This document shows positions 43,230 to 55,797 of a DNA stretch of 64,000 bases, piece by piece. Under the pieces are notes generated by a model. It was not told the DNA's origin and did no database searches. It saw nothing but the letters and a program-made list of their open reading frames with translations. Position numbers and translations under genes: made by a program. Where the stretch lies: contig NIVC01001740.1 of assembly GCA_002269645.1 (NCBI GenBank), positions 1-64,000 of the forward strand. Direction: 5' to 3'. The DNA is from Macrostomum lignano (taxonomy: Eukaryota). The first letter of the stretch is position 1. Each line of letters begins with the position of its first letter.

Positions 43230-44381
43230 CGTGAAGTAAAGGAATTATTATTTATAAAAAGCATATTATGGGATTCATCTATGTGTGACAATTCTGCAAA
43301 GTTTTAGTTGTTAAGACTAGCTTTTGTACCTCTTCAGGGGAGCATTCAAGCAGCCATTAGGACCCGAGCTCGGTGTCTGCCGAGGGCAGTAACGCCCGGC
43401 GTTGTGGGTACCGTTGAAGTTCACTGACGCTTCGAGACACGTGGATGTTGGTTTCGTTGGCTGACTGAGAGTTCGGTCTGGAAAACAATTTTGAGCGTAG
43501 CAGTGAGGTGAGGCTGATTAATGGAAACTGAGCTGTGTCTGTAGTGACTGACGCGAAACAGAGATAATTTGCTGAGTAAGACTTCGGCCCCGACTTGGGC
43601 ATTGATTGCGATATATATATTTAAGAGCTAACCTAAGGGTTCGATGCGAGAGAAACGTACATCCAATTACACGTACAATCAACCTTGCACGTACATCAGC
43701 TCAATGTGCATTTGGAATAAAATAGCCGCGCAGAGAATGAGAGTGGCCGTGTATAACATCTTTCCCCCGCGTGAACTTTTACAGGAAAATAAAAATGGGA
43801 TTAAAAGTTTTTTTGATAGTGAAACATCATGCGGAAATTGACAGTTCATGAATCAGTTCGAATCAAATCAGTCAGAAAGAAAATCAATCATGATAGTCCG
43901 GTCTCGGGATCTTGCAGCTTCTTGGATGCGGGCGGCATCCAATTGGTGGCTCCGCCGCACCAGACTCGATCATCTCCGCAGCGCCGAAGTTCGCCGCGGC
44001 CTGTCCAGCGCCTTCCGGCTCGTCAGCTGTGTCTCGTCCTTCTGGAGCTGAGAAGGCTGGCACCCGCTTGACGTGAAGTAAAGGAATTATTATTTATAAA
44101 AAGCATATTATGGGATTCATCTATGTGTGACAATTCTGCAAAGTTTTAGTTGTTAAGACTAGCTTTTGTACCTCTTCAGGGGAGCATTCAAGCAGCCATT
44201 AGGACCCGAGCTCGGTGTCTGCCGAGGGCAGTAACGCCCGGCGTTGTGGGTGCCGTTGAAGTTCACTGACGCTTCGAGATACGTGGATGTTGGTTTCGTT
44301 GGCTGACTGAGAGTTCGGTCTGGAAAACAATTTTGAGCGTAGCAGTGAGGTGAGGCTGATTAATGGAAACTGAGCTGTGTC
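43230..44381. repeat. 310-bp direct repeat pair (43230-43539 and 44072-44381) around a 532-bp unique spacer
   Basis: Near-identical copies; I noted 2 substitutions by eye. Confidence 0.95.
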
Positions 44382-47300
44382 CTTCAAAATTCTGCTGATG
44401 CTTTTGTCAGGGACGAATTAGGTATCTTTAAGTGGTCCTTGGCCTCTGCAGGACCTTCCCTGCTCTCCTCTCCTCTCCTCTCTCCCCTCTCCTTCCCTCG
44501 TTTCCTCTCCCTCTCCTATCTCCTCCTATCCTATCTTCCCCTCTCCTCTCTCCTGCCCTCCTCTCTTCTCATCCCCTCTCCTTTTTTCTATCCTCTCCCC
44601 TCCCCTCCTCTCGATCCTCCTCTGCTTTCCTCTTCTCTCCTCCTCCTCTTCTCTCATTCCCACCTCTCTTTCCTTTCCTCCGATCTCCTCTGGTAATTCT
44701 CTCCTTCCTTCCTCTCTCCTCTCTCCTTTTCTCCTCTCCTCCCTCCTTCCCTCCTCTCCTTTTTTCCCCTCTCCTCCCTCCTTCCCTCCTCTCCTTTTTC
44801 CCCTCTCCTCCTTTTCTTCTCTCTTCTTCCCGGGGGCAGTAGTTAGGTGGTCACCCCCTTCCCCTACCAATCGTAATTAAACAAATAAAAACATTTGAAT
44901 TAGAACACAAATTTTCTAAGAAAGTAAAAAATCACGAACAAATTAGCTCGTATGACACACTTCTTGCAAAACGAATGTACAGCACGAAAATTCTTATAAA
45001 AATGCATTTTTAACCATTGATGCAAGTTGCCTAGCAGGGGGTGACCATCTGCCCTCCCTTCCTAGGGTCTTTTTGAGGGCCGTGGGGATGGTGGGGTGGT
45101 CACCCCCCTTGAAGCAGTGACCTGTGGTCACCCAGCTACCCCCCCCCCTGCGCCGCCACTGCCTCCTTCCCTCCCTCACTCACTCTTCCGTCGCATTGTC
45201 CACTGGTCGAACCCGATAGAAGCAAATGATGATAAGCATTGACACCAGCAGGCACGCGATCGGGCCGGGGCCCATCAGCAGTCGCAGCGTGTTCGACACC
45301 GACTCGGGCTGCTCGCACGCGTTGCTATCGTAGTTGCTGAGCCACAGGGCCAGCTGGGAGACTGCGAGGCTGATGCCCGCGGCAAATTTGGTGAAGAAAG
45401 CGTACAGAGAATAGAAGGTAGCCTCCATTCTGTCACCGTGACGTTTGTAGAACACTTCAATAACATCTGGCAGCATCGACCACGGCTGCAGCATGGCTAC
45501 CGAAATTGTAACACCGGACAGGCTGGTGACTAAATAGTACAAGAACAGGGTCTTTGGCTCCATCAGTTGGGTGAGCAGTAGACAGGGGAACACGATCTGG
45601 TAGGAGTTGCGTAGATGCTAGTGTAAAGTCCGCATTTGGCCATTTCAATCGTGTATTTACATTGTAGTTTATACTTGTCTCAACGCACTCACTACTGACC
45701 CCCCTTGCGCTATCAATAAACCCTCACCCAGTCAGCCACCCCACTCTCTGCCTCTCTTAATAACCTCCCCTCACTCAGTCAGCCACCCCACTCCCTGCCT
45801 CTATTAGTAACACCCCCTCACCCAGTCAGCCACCCCACTCTCTGCCTCTCTTAATAACCTCCCCTCACTCAGTCAGCCACCCCACTCCCTGCCTCTATTA
45901 GTAACACCCCCTCACCCAGTCAGCCACCCCACTCCCTGCCTCTATTAATAACCTCCCCTCACCCAGTCAGCCACCCCACTCCCTGCCTCTATTAGTAACA
46001 CCCCCTCACCCAGTCAGCCACCCCACTCCCTGCCTCTATTAATAACCTCCCCTCACCCAGTCAGCCACCCCACTCTCTGCCTCTCTTAATAACCTCCCCT
46101 CACTCAGTCAGCCACCCCACTCCCTGCCTCTCTTAATAACCCCCCTCACCCAGTCAGCCACCCCACTTGCTGCCCCAGAAATTCCCATTCAGCAGGAACT
46201 CACCATCACTCCAATAATGAAGACTTTCTTCTTTCCGATTCGCTGATTCAGCAGGTGCATCAAAGGCACGCACAGGGTGGCTACCACAAGGACACACATG
46301 AAACCGAAAGTCATGTGCCAGCCAATTTTCAAACGGTGTGTAGTGAATAGGCCTAAGTTGGCTTGGATTGTCTGCAAAGTGGAGGCGAGTCCCAGAGACC
46401 AACTACCCTTAAAATTTCCATCTAATTACTGAATCGCTTCTAACTACCGATGATAATTGTCTAACTACCAATGAGAATCGCCTCTAACTACCGATGAAAA
46501 TCGGCTGTAACTACCAATGAGAATCGCCTCTAACTACCAATGAGAATCGCCTCTAACTACCGATGAGAATCGCTTCTAACTACCAATGAGAATCGCCTCC
46601 GATAAAAATCGCCTCTAACTACGGATGAGAATTGCCTCTAACTACCGATAAAATCGCCTCTAACTACCGATAAAAATCGCTTCTAACTACCAATGAGAAT
46701 CGCTTCTAACTACCGATGAGAATCGCTTCTAACTACCGATGAGAATCGCCTCTAACTATCAATGAGAATCGCCTCTAACTACCGATGAGAATCGTCTCAA
46801 CTACCTTTGAGAACTACTCACCTGAATGCCCAGAGACATGAACAGGAAGGCCATCATGAGGGCTACGTATGGCTTGAAGGTGATGACTTCGCCGATTCGC
46901 CGAAGCGTGCTGGCAAAGCTCTCGGAACTGTCCCGAACTGAAGTCACTCGCTCTTTGATTCCCAAGAAGCCGACAATGCCGCAGCTCAGATAAATCAGGG
47001 AGATTATTCCTGCAGCCAGCTTGTAGCTGTCTCTCTGTGGGGGTTCAAATAGTTTGAAATCTTTGTCTATGCCCTCTTGTCTGTCACTCCACCCTCCAGT
47101 ATCTGTCACTCTACCTTCCAGTATCTGTCACTCTACCCCCAAGCATCTGTCACTCTACCCCCCAGCATCTGTCACTCTCCCTCCAGTATCTGTCACTCTC
47201 CCTCCAGTATCTGTCACTCTCCCTCCAGTATCTGTCACTCCACCCTCCAGTATCTGTCACTCTACCCTCCAGTATCTGTCACTCTACCCTCCAGTATCTG

Positions 47301-48920
47301 TCACTCCACCCTCCAGTATCTGTCACTCTACCCTCCAGTATCTGTCACTCCACCCTCCAGTATCTGTCACTACCCTCCAGTATCTGTCACTCTCTCTCCA
47401 GTATTTGTCACTCTATCCCCCAGCATCTGTCACTCTACCCTCCAGTATCTGTCACTCGGCTGTCACTCCTCGTTTCCCAGTATCTGTCAATCGGCTGTCA
47501 CTCAATTCAATCGACTAAAGGACCTGCTATTAGTAATCATGCATTGAACTATAAAAGTAAAAAGCCAGTTTTATCGGTAAATTTTATCACCCAACGCAGG
47601 TTTTTAGTCTGCAAAAATCTTACTTGTAGTCTGTTGAAACTTTGAACAATATTTTTATTAGATAAGCTAAATTACCCCAGCTGTGTGCAAATGACAACTC
47701 TGGACTGGCTGCCTGCAGGGGTGCACGCGGTTTTTCTGCACTTTTAAACTAAATTGTATTCGTATTTTATAACAGACGAAATTGCGAAGTCGGACAGATA
47801 AAAGAGCTGTTAGCGGCTTAAAGGCTGAATGTTTTATCAATAGCCGGTCGAAACTTCCACCTTAGCAACCTCGTTATAGCTAAAATACCTAACACCCTTG
47901 AGCACAGCCTACAGACACTACTCAGAACCCTGTAACCTACACAGATACCCTGTCACCTACCTAGGTACCCTGTAACCTATCTAGGTCTCGTACTTAGGCA
48001 TTGCAATTTTTCGAATTTCTATTTTGTCGTTCAAACCCACTAACCTTCCTGAGAACCCTGTAACCTATCTAGGTACCCTCTAACCTACCTGAGAACCCTG
48101 TAACCTATCTAGGTACCCTCTAACCTTCCTGAGAACCCTGTAACCTATCTAGGTACCCTCTAACCTTCCTGAGAACCCTGTAACCTATCTAGGTACCCTC
48201 TAACCTATCTAGGTACCCTCTAACCTACCTGAGAACCCTGTCACCTATCTAGGTACCCTCTAACCTACCTGAGAACCCTGTCACCTATCTAGGTACCCTC
48301 TAACCTACCTGAGAACCCTGTAACCTATCTAGGTACCCTCTAACCTACCTGAAAACCCTGTCACCTATCTAGGTACCCTCTAACCTACCTGAGAACCCTG
48401 TCGCCTACCCAGGTACCCTGTCACCTACCCAGGTACCCTGCAAACTACCAAGGTATTTTTTATCCTACGAAGGTACTCTGTAACCTACCCAGGTAACCTG
48501 TAGGCTACCCAGGCACCCTACACGGAACTAGAAGACTCAGCCCACCTCCTCAGAAGCCCTCAGCAGCATATCGGCGGTGCCATTCGTGGAAAAATTTCCG
48601 CACTCGGTGGCGATTCTCTTTGAGCCAATCACGGCGCCAAAGGCGGCGCTGCCAACGATGGTAAACAGCAGCTCGCAGGCGATGCGGGCGGCGGTGGCTG
48701 CGTCGCGGTCGGCCGAATGCGGCGACAGCAGCACCGTGGCGGAGGTGTACGGGATGTGGTAGCACTGTGGTGTGGATTTGTTTGACTTGTTGATAAGTTA
48801 TGAGTTTCGATGCATGTAAGTTTTAAATGAAAGTATATGGCGCAATTTACGCAACAGGTTGGGAAAATCACGGAGGTGAAGAGTCAGAGTTAGAAAGCTG
48901 GAGAGAGTCAGACGGAAGGA

Positions 48921-48971
<51 letters not shown>

Positions 48972-49020
48972 AGAGAGAAGAAGAGAGGTAGAGAGACAGA
49001 GAAGAGAGAGTCAGACGGCT

Positions 49021-49087
<67 letters not shown>

Positions 49088-51879
49088 CAGACGGCTGAAG
49101 AGAGAGAGTGTCACCGGAATGGTGCACCGGAATGGTTAGTCAACAGTAGACATACTGACACTGACTCACCGTGACGAGGGTGCAGTACACCAGGTGCATC
49201 AGCAGGTAGTAGGCAAACTTGCCAGCCTGCGTTTCAGCTGCCGCAACCGGCCACCACATGAACAGAAACAGGCAGCTGCCGCAAAGACTCGAGCCCAGGA
49301 TCCACGGCCGGGTTTTGCCGAATCTCGTGTTGGTGCAGGACAGCAGCAGCCCGATCAGCGGGTCCGTCACGGCGTCCCACGCCCGTCCGGAGAAGCTGAT
49401 AACGGACACGTAGGCCGGGCTGAGCCGGGCCACCTCGAGCAGGTAGATGCTGAAGTAGAATGCCGCCACGTTGCCCGTCATCTGCAGTGGCGGCCCAGCC
49501 AGACCGAACAGAGCAATGCGGCACAGGCTGAGCTGCCTCTTCTGCTCCCGCTGCTCCTGCTGAGAAGTCGCTGGTTCCCAGGAGGCATCTGCGGCTGACC
49601 CAGTCTGAGAGGTTGAGCCATGAGCGCTTGTGTTCAAATGGCTTTTATAGTGGCAGGAAGATCACAGGCAATCATGGAGATTGGTGGGCGCCCCCGTCTC
49701 TCTTGGTGGGCGCCCCCGTCTCTCTTGGTGGGCGCCCTCCGTCTCTTGGTGGGCGCCCCCGTCTCTCTTGGTGGGCGCCCCCGTCTCTCTTGGTGGGCGC
49801 CCCTGTCTCTTGGTGGGCGCCCCCGTCTCTCTTGGTGGGCGCCCTCTGTCTCTTGGTGGGCGCCCCCGTCTCTCTTGGTGGGCGCCCCCGTCTCTCTTGG
49901 TGGGCGCCCTCCGTCTCTTGGTGGGCGCCCCCGTCTCTCTTGGTGGGCGCCCCCGTCTCTCTTGGTGGGCGCCCTCTGTCTCTTGGTGGGCGCCCTCTGT
50001 CTCTTGGTGGGAACCCATGTCTCATGCTGGGTGCCCCTGTCTCTTGGTGGGCGCCCCTGTCTCTTGGTGGGCGCCCCTGTCTCTTGGTTGGCGCCCCCTG
50101 TCTCTTGGTGGGCGCGCCCGTCTCTTGTTGGGCGCCCTCTGTCTCTTGGTGGGCGCCCCTGTCTCTTTGTGGGCGCCCCTGTCTCTTTGTGGGCGACCCT
50201 GTCTCTTTGTGGGCGCCCCTGTCTCTTTGTGGGCGACCCTGTCTCTTGGTGGGCGCTCCTGTCTTACCAGCTACAGAAGGGGCGCTAGCTAGAGGGAGCG
50301 CCAGCTACAGAGGGGGCGCCAGCTACAGAAGGGGCCGCCAGCCACACAGGGCTGCTACTAAGCTTGCCAACAGCTGCATCAGAAGCTATCGCTCTAGTGG
50401 GAGAATGCAAGCAAAGCTCGTGCTCTACAAAAATTCGATAAAAACGAACCACCTGTTGAGTCCACTGACTCCCGAATACGAGCTAAAATTTTTATCGATT
50501 TTAATGCATATCACATTTATTTGACTTGCTCCAAATGTTGTGCCAGCAATGCAATTTATTGGCTGTCTGTCTAGCGTAGGAACTACACGTGTACTTTATA
50601 AAAGCTTGTCGAATCTTGCACGGGTTTTTGCACCCTTAACTACGTTTGTACGTCGTATTAGTTGGCGTTGATATTTATAACCCATTTATGGCACAGATAT
50701 TTATGAACCATCTATGGCACAGATATTTATGAACCATCTATGGCAGACATTTATGAACCATCTATGGCACAGATATTTATGAACCATCTATGGCAGATAT
50801 TTATGAACCATCTATGGCAGACATTTATGAACCATCTATGGCAGACATTTATGAACCATCTATGGCACAGATATTTATGAACCATCTATGGCAGACATTT
50901 ATGAACCATCTATGGCACAGATATTTATGAACCATCTATGGCAGACATTTATGAACCATCTATGGCAGACATTTATGAACCATCTATGGCAGACATTTAT
51001 GAACCATCTATGGCACAGACATTTATGAACCATCTATGACACAGATATTTATGAACCATCTATGGCAGACATTTATGAACCATCTATGGCAGACATTTAT
51101 GAACCATCTATGGCACAGATATTTATGAACCATCTATGGCAGACATTTATGAACCATCTATGGCACAGATATTTATGAACCATCTATGGCACAGATATTT
51201 ATGAACCATCTATGGCAGACATTTATGAACCATCTATGGCAGACATTTATGAACCATCTATGGCACAGATATTTATGAACCATCTATGGCACAGATATTT
51301 ATGAACCATCTATGGCACAGATATTTATGAACCATCTATGGCAGACATTTATGAACCATCTATGGCACAGATATTTATGAACCATCTATGGCACAGATAT
51401 TTATGAACCATCTATGGCAGACATTTATGAACCATCTATGACACAGATATTTATGAACCATCTATGGCAGACATTTATGAACCATCTATGGCAGACATTT
51501 ATGAACCATCTATGGCACAGATATTTATGAACCATCTATGGCAGACATTTATGAACCATCTATGGCACAGATATTTATGAACCATCTATGGCACAGATAT
51601 TTATGAACCATCTATGGCACAGATATTTATGAACCATCTATGGCAGACATTTATGAACCATCTATGGCAGACATTTATGAACCATCTATGGCAGACATTT
51701 ATGAACCATCTATGACACAGATATTTATGAATCATTTGAAGCACTGAAGCACTGAAGTGCACGCAAGATGCAATAATTATAATGCTTACCGCTGCGCCTC
51801 TATTAGTCATAGCAACTCCATTTGGTTTTGAGTACAGTTCCATGTCAGAATTTAGACTTTGAACACCTTGCAGCTCCAT
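44199..51879 (-). CDS. MFSD2: MFS transporter of the MFSD2 / MelB-like family, probably 7 exons
   Basis: Exons 51879-51790, 49604-49170, 48764-48546, 47034-46822, 46371-46204, 45596-45184 and about 44400-44199. Motifs: GRAWDAVTDPLIG (Na+-site Asp pair), RFGKTRPW, CYHIPYTS, PWSMLPDVIE, EATFYS..FFTKFAAG. The last exon is inferred from the phase-2 donor GA|GTGAGT; otherwise the CDS stops at 45180. Confidence 0.9.
44455..44830. repeat. CT-rich low-complexity tract
   Basis: Read directly. Confidence 0.9.
45715..46165. repeat. About 55-bp minisatellite (CCCTCACCCAGTCAGCCACCCCACTCCCTGCCTCTATTAGTAACACC)
   Basis: About 8 units in an MFSD2 intron. Confidence 0.92.
46435..46800. repeat. 23-bp minisatellite (CTAACTACCGATGAGAATCGCCT)
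   Basis: About 15 units in an MFSD2 intron. Confidence 0.92.
47065..47465. repeat. 22-bp minisatellite (CCCTCCAGTATCTGTCACTCTA)
   Basis: About 17 units in an MFSD2 intron. Confidence 0.92.
47925..48515. repeat. 20/40-bp higher-order repeat (ACCCTGTAACCTATCTAGGT + ACCCTCTAACCTACCTGAGA)
   Basis: Two alternating 20-bp sub-units, in two blocks. Confidence 0.9.
48920..49090. repeat. (GA)n and (GT)n microsatellites
   Basis: Read directly. Confidence 0.95.
49680..50345. repeat. 20-22-bp minisatellite (GGTGGGCGCCCCCGTCTCTCTT) abutting a few 18-bp GCGCCAGCTACAGAGGGG units
   Basis: Tandem array; switches to the 18-mer family at about 50265. Confidence 0.95.
50690..51735. repeat. 24/26-bp minisatellite (GC[AC]AGA[T/C]ATTTATGAACCATCTATG), about 41 units
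   Basis: Two interspersed length variants. Confidence 0.97.
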
Positions 51880-52309
51880 TAATTCTCTGTCCAGTTATTG
51901 AATAATAGAAAATTACCTAGAAAATTACTACAGAAGATATAAAATTGTTTAATCCGATAAGAGTGAAACGACTTGAGAAGGAACCTTAAACTTGTTGCAG
52001 AGTATAGTGACCGACAATACGATACGAAGTTTCCTTATCTTTGCATGGCTGTCTGTCTGTGTTTCTTTATCTGCACCTGTCTATAGCAGCGTGCTTTTTC
52101 ACGAGTCTCGTGTACAGTCATTTATGAATGTATGAATAGGAACGTACAGTTTTTCGTTGCTTTCGAAGCCTGGGAATAGAAAAAGCAGCTTGCTTTTAAA
52201 AAAAACCTTATTATTGGACAACGCAAGATCTTATGGCCCGCAAGTTCAGTAAACCAAATCACAATAATGAGTGAGCTAATAACACTTCGACTTGTTTACA
52301 CTTGCTACA

Positions 52310-52915
52310 GAGAGGGCGCCAGCTACAGAGTGGGCGCCAGCTACAAAGGGTGCGCCAGCTACAAAGGGTGCGCCAGCTACAGAGGGGCGCCGGCTACAGA
52401 GGGGGCGCCGGCTGCAAAGGGTGCGCCAGCTACAGAGGGTGCGCCAGCTACAGAGAGAAGGCGCCAGCTACAAAGGGGGCGCCAGCTACAGAGGGTGCGC
52501 CAGCTACAGAGGGGGCGCCAGCTACAGAGGGTGCACCAGCTACAAGGGTGCGCCAGCTACAGAGGGGGCGCCAGCTACAGAGAGAAGGCGCCAGCTACAA
52601 AGGGGGCGCCAGCTACAGAGGGTGCGCCAGCTACAGAGGGGGCGCCAGCTACAGAGGGTGCGCCAGCTACAGAGGGGGCGCCAGCTACAGAGGGGGCGCC
52701 AGCTACAGAGGGAGCGCCAGCTACAGAGGGAGCGCCAGCTACAGAGGGGGCGCCAGCTACAGAGGGTGCGCGAGCTACAAAGGGTGCGCCAGCTACAGAG
52801 AGGAGGGCGCCAGCTACAGAGAGGAGGGCGCCAGCTACAGAGAGGAGGGCGCCAGCTACAAAGGGTGCGCCAGCTACAGAGGGTGCGCCAGCTACAGAGG
52901 GGCTAGACAATCCAG
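52310..52915 (+). repeat. 18-bp minisatellite (GCGCCAGCTACAGAGGGG)
   Basis: About 33 units; reverse-complement copy at 56470-56955. Confidence 0.96.
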
Positions 52916-53469
52916 CTACACAATCTTAGCTTGGAATGATGATGAGGTGGACATGAAAAACAGCATCTGCAGCGGTAGAGCAGTACTTAAATTTCAGCTC
53001 ATACTAGTTTATACCGTTACTTTGATGCCTGGGCAGTCAGGTGATACGACAGCTGCGCACCTATAAAGACAGTGTGGACTTCATGCCATCGCTTCTCATC
53101 ATACTCCTTCAAGAATAGCAATGGCTGAGAAATACGCTCTTAGTTTTGGTTTTGCGCGAGTAAGATAATACTTTGAAAGAAAGATCAAAAGACCCCAACA
53201 AAAGAGAGCAGTGCAGGTTACTCGTCGGAATATAAAACCCTTTACAAAGCATGAGCACTGCTCTCAATAGGCAAGCAAAATGGTCCGACAGATGGAGTTT
53301 GTGGCGCCATGCTAGTTCCACAGTGCTCGCACTTTTTGTTTAAATAGACTTTTCTTTCCAACCAGTCATGACGCACGCGCTTGTTGAGCAATCTAACTTG
53401 AGTGCATTTGAGTGTACTTAAACTACTGCAGACTTTACCTCCCAGGTACTTTAAATTCAAACAGAAAAT

Positions 53470-55545
53470 TATTGTACTTAGCTAATTATACATCTGAATG
53501 ATTGGAGTCTTAGCTAATTGTAAAATCTGAATGATATCGAGTCTTAGCTAATTATACAATCTGAATGAATTAAGCCTTAGCTAATTATACAATCTGAATG
53601 ATTTGGAGTCTTAGCTAATTATACAATCTGAATGATTTGGAGTCTTAGCTAATTATACAATCTGAATGATATCGAGTCTTAGCTAATTATACAATCTGAA
53701 TGATATCGAGTCTTAGCTAATTATACAATCTGAATGATTTGGAGTCTTAGCTAATTATACAATCTGAATGATATCGAGTCTTAGCTAATTATACAATCTG
53801 AATGATATCGAGTCTTAGCTAATTATACAATCTGAATGATATCGAGTCTTAGCTAATTATACAATCTGAATGATTTGGAGTCTTAGCTAATTATACAATC
53901 TGAATGATTTGGAGTCTTAGCTAATTATACAATCTGAATGATTTGGAGTCTTAGCTAATTATACAATCTGAATGATTTGGAGTCTTAGCTAATTATACAA
54001 TCTGAATGATTTGGAGTCTTAGCTAATTATACAATCTGAATGATATCGAGTCTTAGCTAATTATACAATCTGAATGATATCGAGTCTTAGCTAATTATAC
54101 AATCTGAATGATATCGAGTCTTAGCTAATTATACAATCTGAATGATATCGAGTCTTAGCTAATTATACAATCTGAATGATTTGGAGTCTTAGCTAATTAT
54201 ACAATCTGAATGATTTGGAGTCTTAGCTAATTATACAATCTGAATGATATCGAGTCTTAGCTAATTATACAATCTGAATGATATCGAGTCTTAGCTAATT
54301 ATACAATCTGAATGATATCGAGTCTTAGCTAATTATACAATCTGAATGATTTGGAGTCTTAGCTAATTATACAATCTGAATGATTTGGAGTCTTAGCTAA
54401 TTATACAATCTGAATGATATCGAGTCTTAGCTAATTATACAATCTGAATGATTTGGAGTCTTAGCTAATTATACAATCTGAATGATTTGGAGTCTTAGCT
54501 AATTATACAATCTGAATGATTTGGAGTCTTAGCTAATTATACAATCTGAATGATTTGGAGTCTTAGCTAATTATACAATCTGAATGATTTGGAGTCTTAG
54601 CTAATTATACAATCTGAATGATTTGGAGTCTTAGCTAATTATACAATCTGAATGATTTGGAGTCTTAGCTAATTATACAATCTGAATGATTTGGAGTCTT
54701 AGCTAATTATACAATCTGAATGATTTGGAGTCTTAGCTAATTATACAATCTGAATGATTTGGAGTCTTAGCTAATTATACAATCTGAATGATTTGGAGTC
54801 TTAGCTAATTATACAATCTGAATGATTTGGAGTCTTAGCTAATTATACAATCTGAATGATTTGGAGTCTTAGCTAATTACACAATCTGAATGATTTGGAG
54901 TCTTAATCGGAATGATTTGGAGTCTTAGCTAATTATACAATCTGAATGATATCGAGTCTTAGCTAATTATACAATCTGAATGATATCGAGTCTTAGCTAA
55001 TTATACAATCTGAATGATATCGAGTCTTAGCTAATTATACAATCTGAATGATTTGGAGTCTTAGCTAATTATACAATCTGAATGATTTGGAATCTTAGCT
55101 AATTATACAATCTGAATGATTTGGAGTCTTAGCTAATTATACAATCTGAATGATTTGGAGTCTTAGCTAATTATACAATCTGAATGATTTGGAGTCTTAG
55201 CTAATTATACAATCTGAATGATTTAAGTCTTAATCGGGATGATTTGGAGTCTTAGCTAATTATACAATCTGAATGATTTGGAGTCTTAGCTAATTACACA
55301 ATCTGAATGATTTGGAGTCTTAGCTAATTACACAATCTGAATGATTTGGAGTCTTAGCTAATTACACAATCTGAATGATTTGGAGTCTTAGCTAATTACA
55401 CAATCTGAATGATTTGGAGTCTTAGCTAATTACACAATCTGAATGATTTGGAGTCTTAATCGGAATGATTTGGAGTCTTAGCTAATTATACAATCTGAAT
55501 AATTTGAGTCTTTGATAAAAATTAATTATACAATCTGAATTTTTA
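53470..55545. repeat. 34-bp minisatellite (GAGTCTTAGCTAATTATACAATCTGAATGATTTG), about 60 units
   Basis: Two main unit types, ending ATTTG or ATATC. Confidence 0.98.
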
Positions 55546-55797
55546 GAGCTTAGCAACCGCCATTTTTTTCAATGAAACCTGTTGAATTTAGTATACCTTT
55601 TTAGCTACTTTCAGTAGTGCATAGCAAATGCTAAGCCACCAAATAAGCAAGTCAACATGAAAAACAAGCACTTTTCTTCAACTGTCACAGATTTACCAAT
55701 TAACTAAGCAGCAAAAGCGAATGCCATATATTCCCCATTTCAACAAGAACAAATACATGAACAGAAGTGTGTCTCAATCTCAGTAGTCAATCCTCGC

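Noticed and set aside
43230-44381. Direct repeats as LTRs of a TRIM
   Set aside because: No TG...CA ends, PBS, PPT or TSD; the repeat corresponds to the probable MFSD2 last exon.
44830-45161. Possible fourth hAT-like MITE ending CTGCGCCGCCACTG
   Set aside because: Right TIR is plausible, but the left TIR is poor and no TSD could be separated from the CT-rich flanks.
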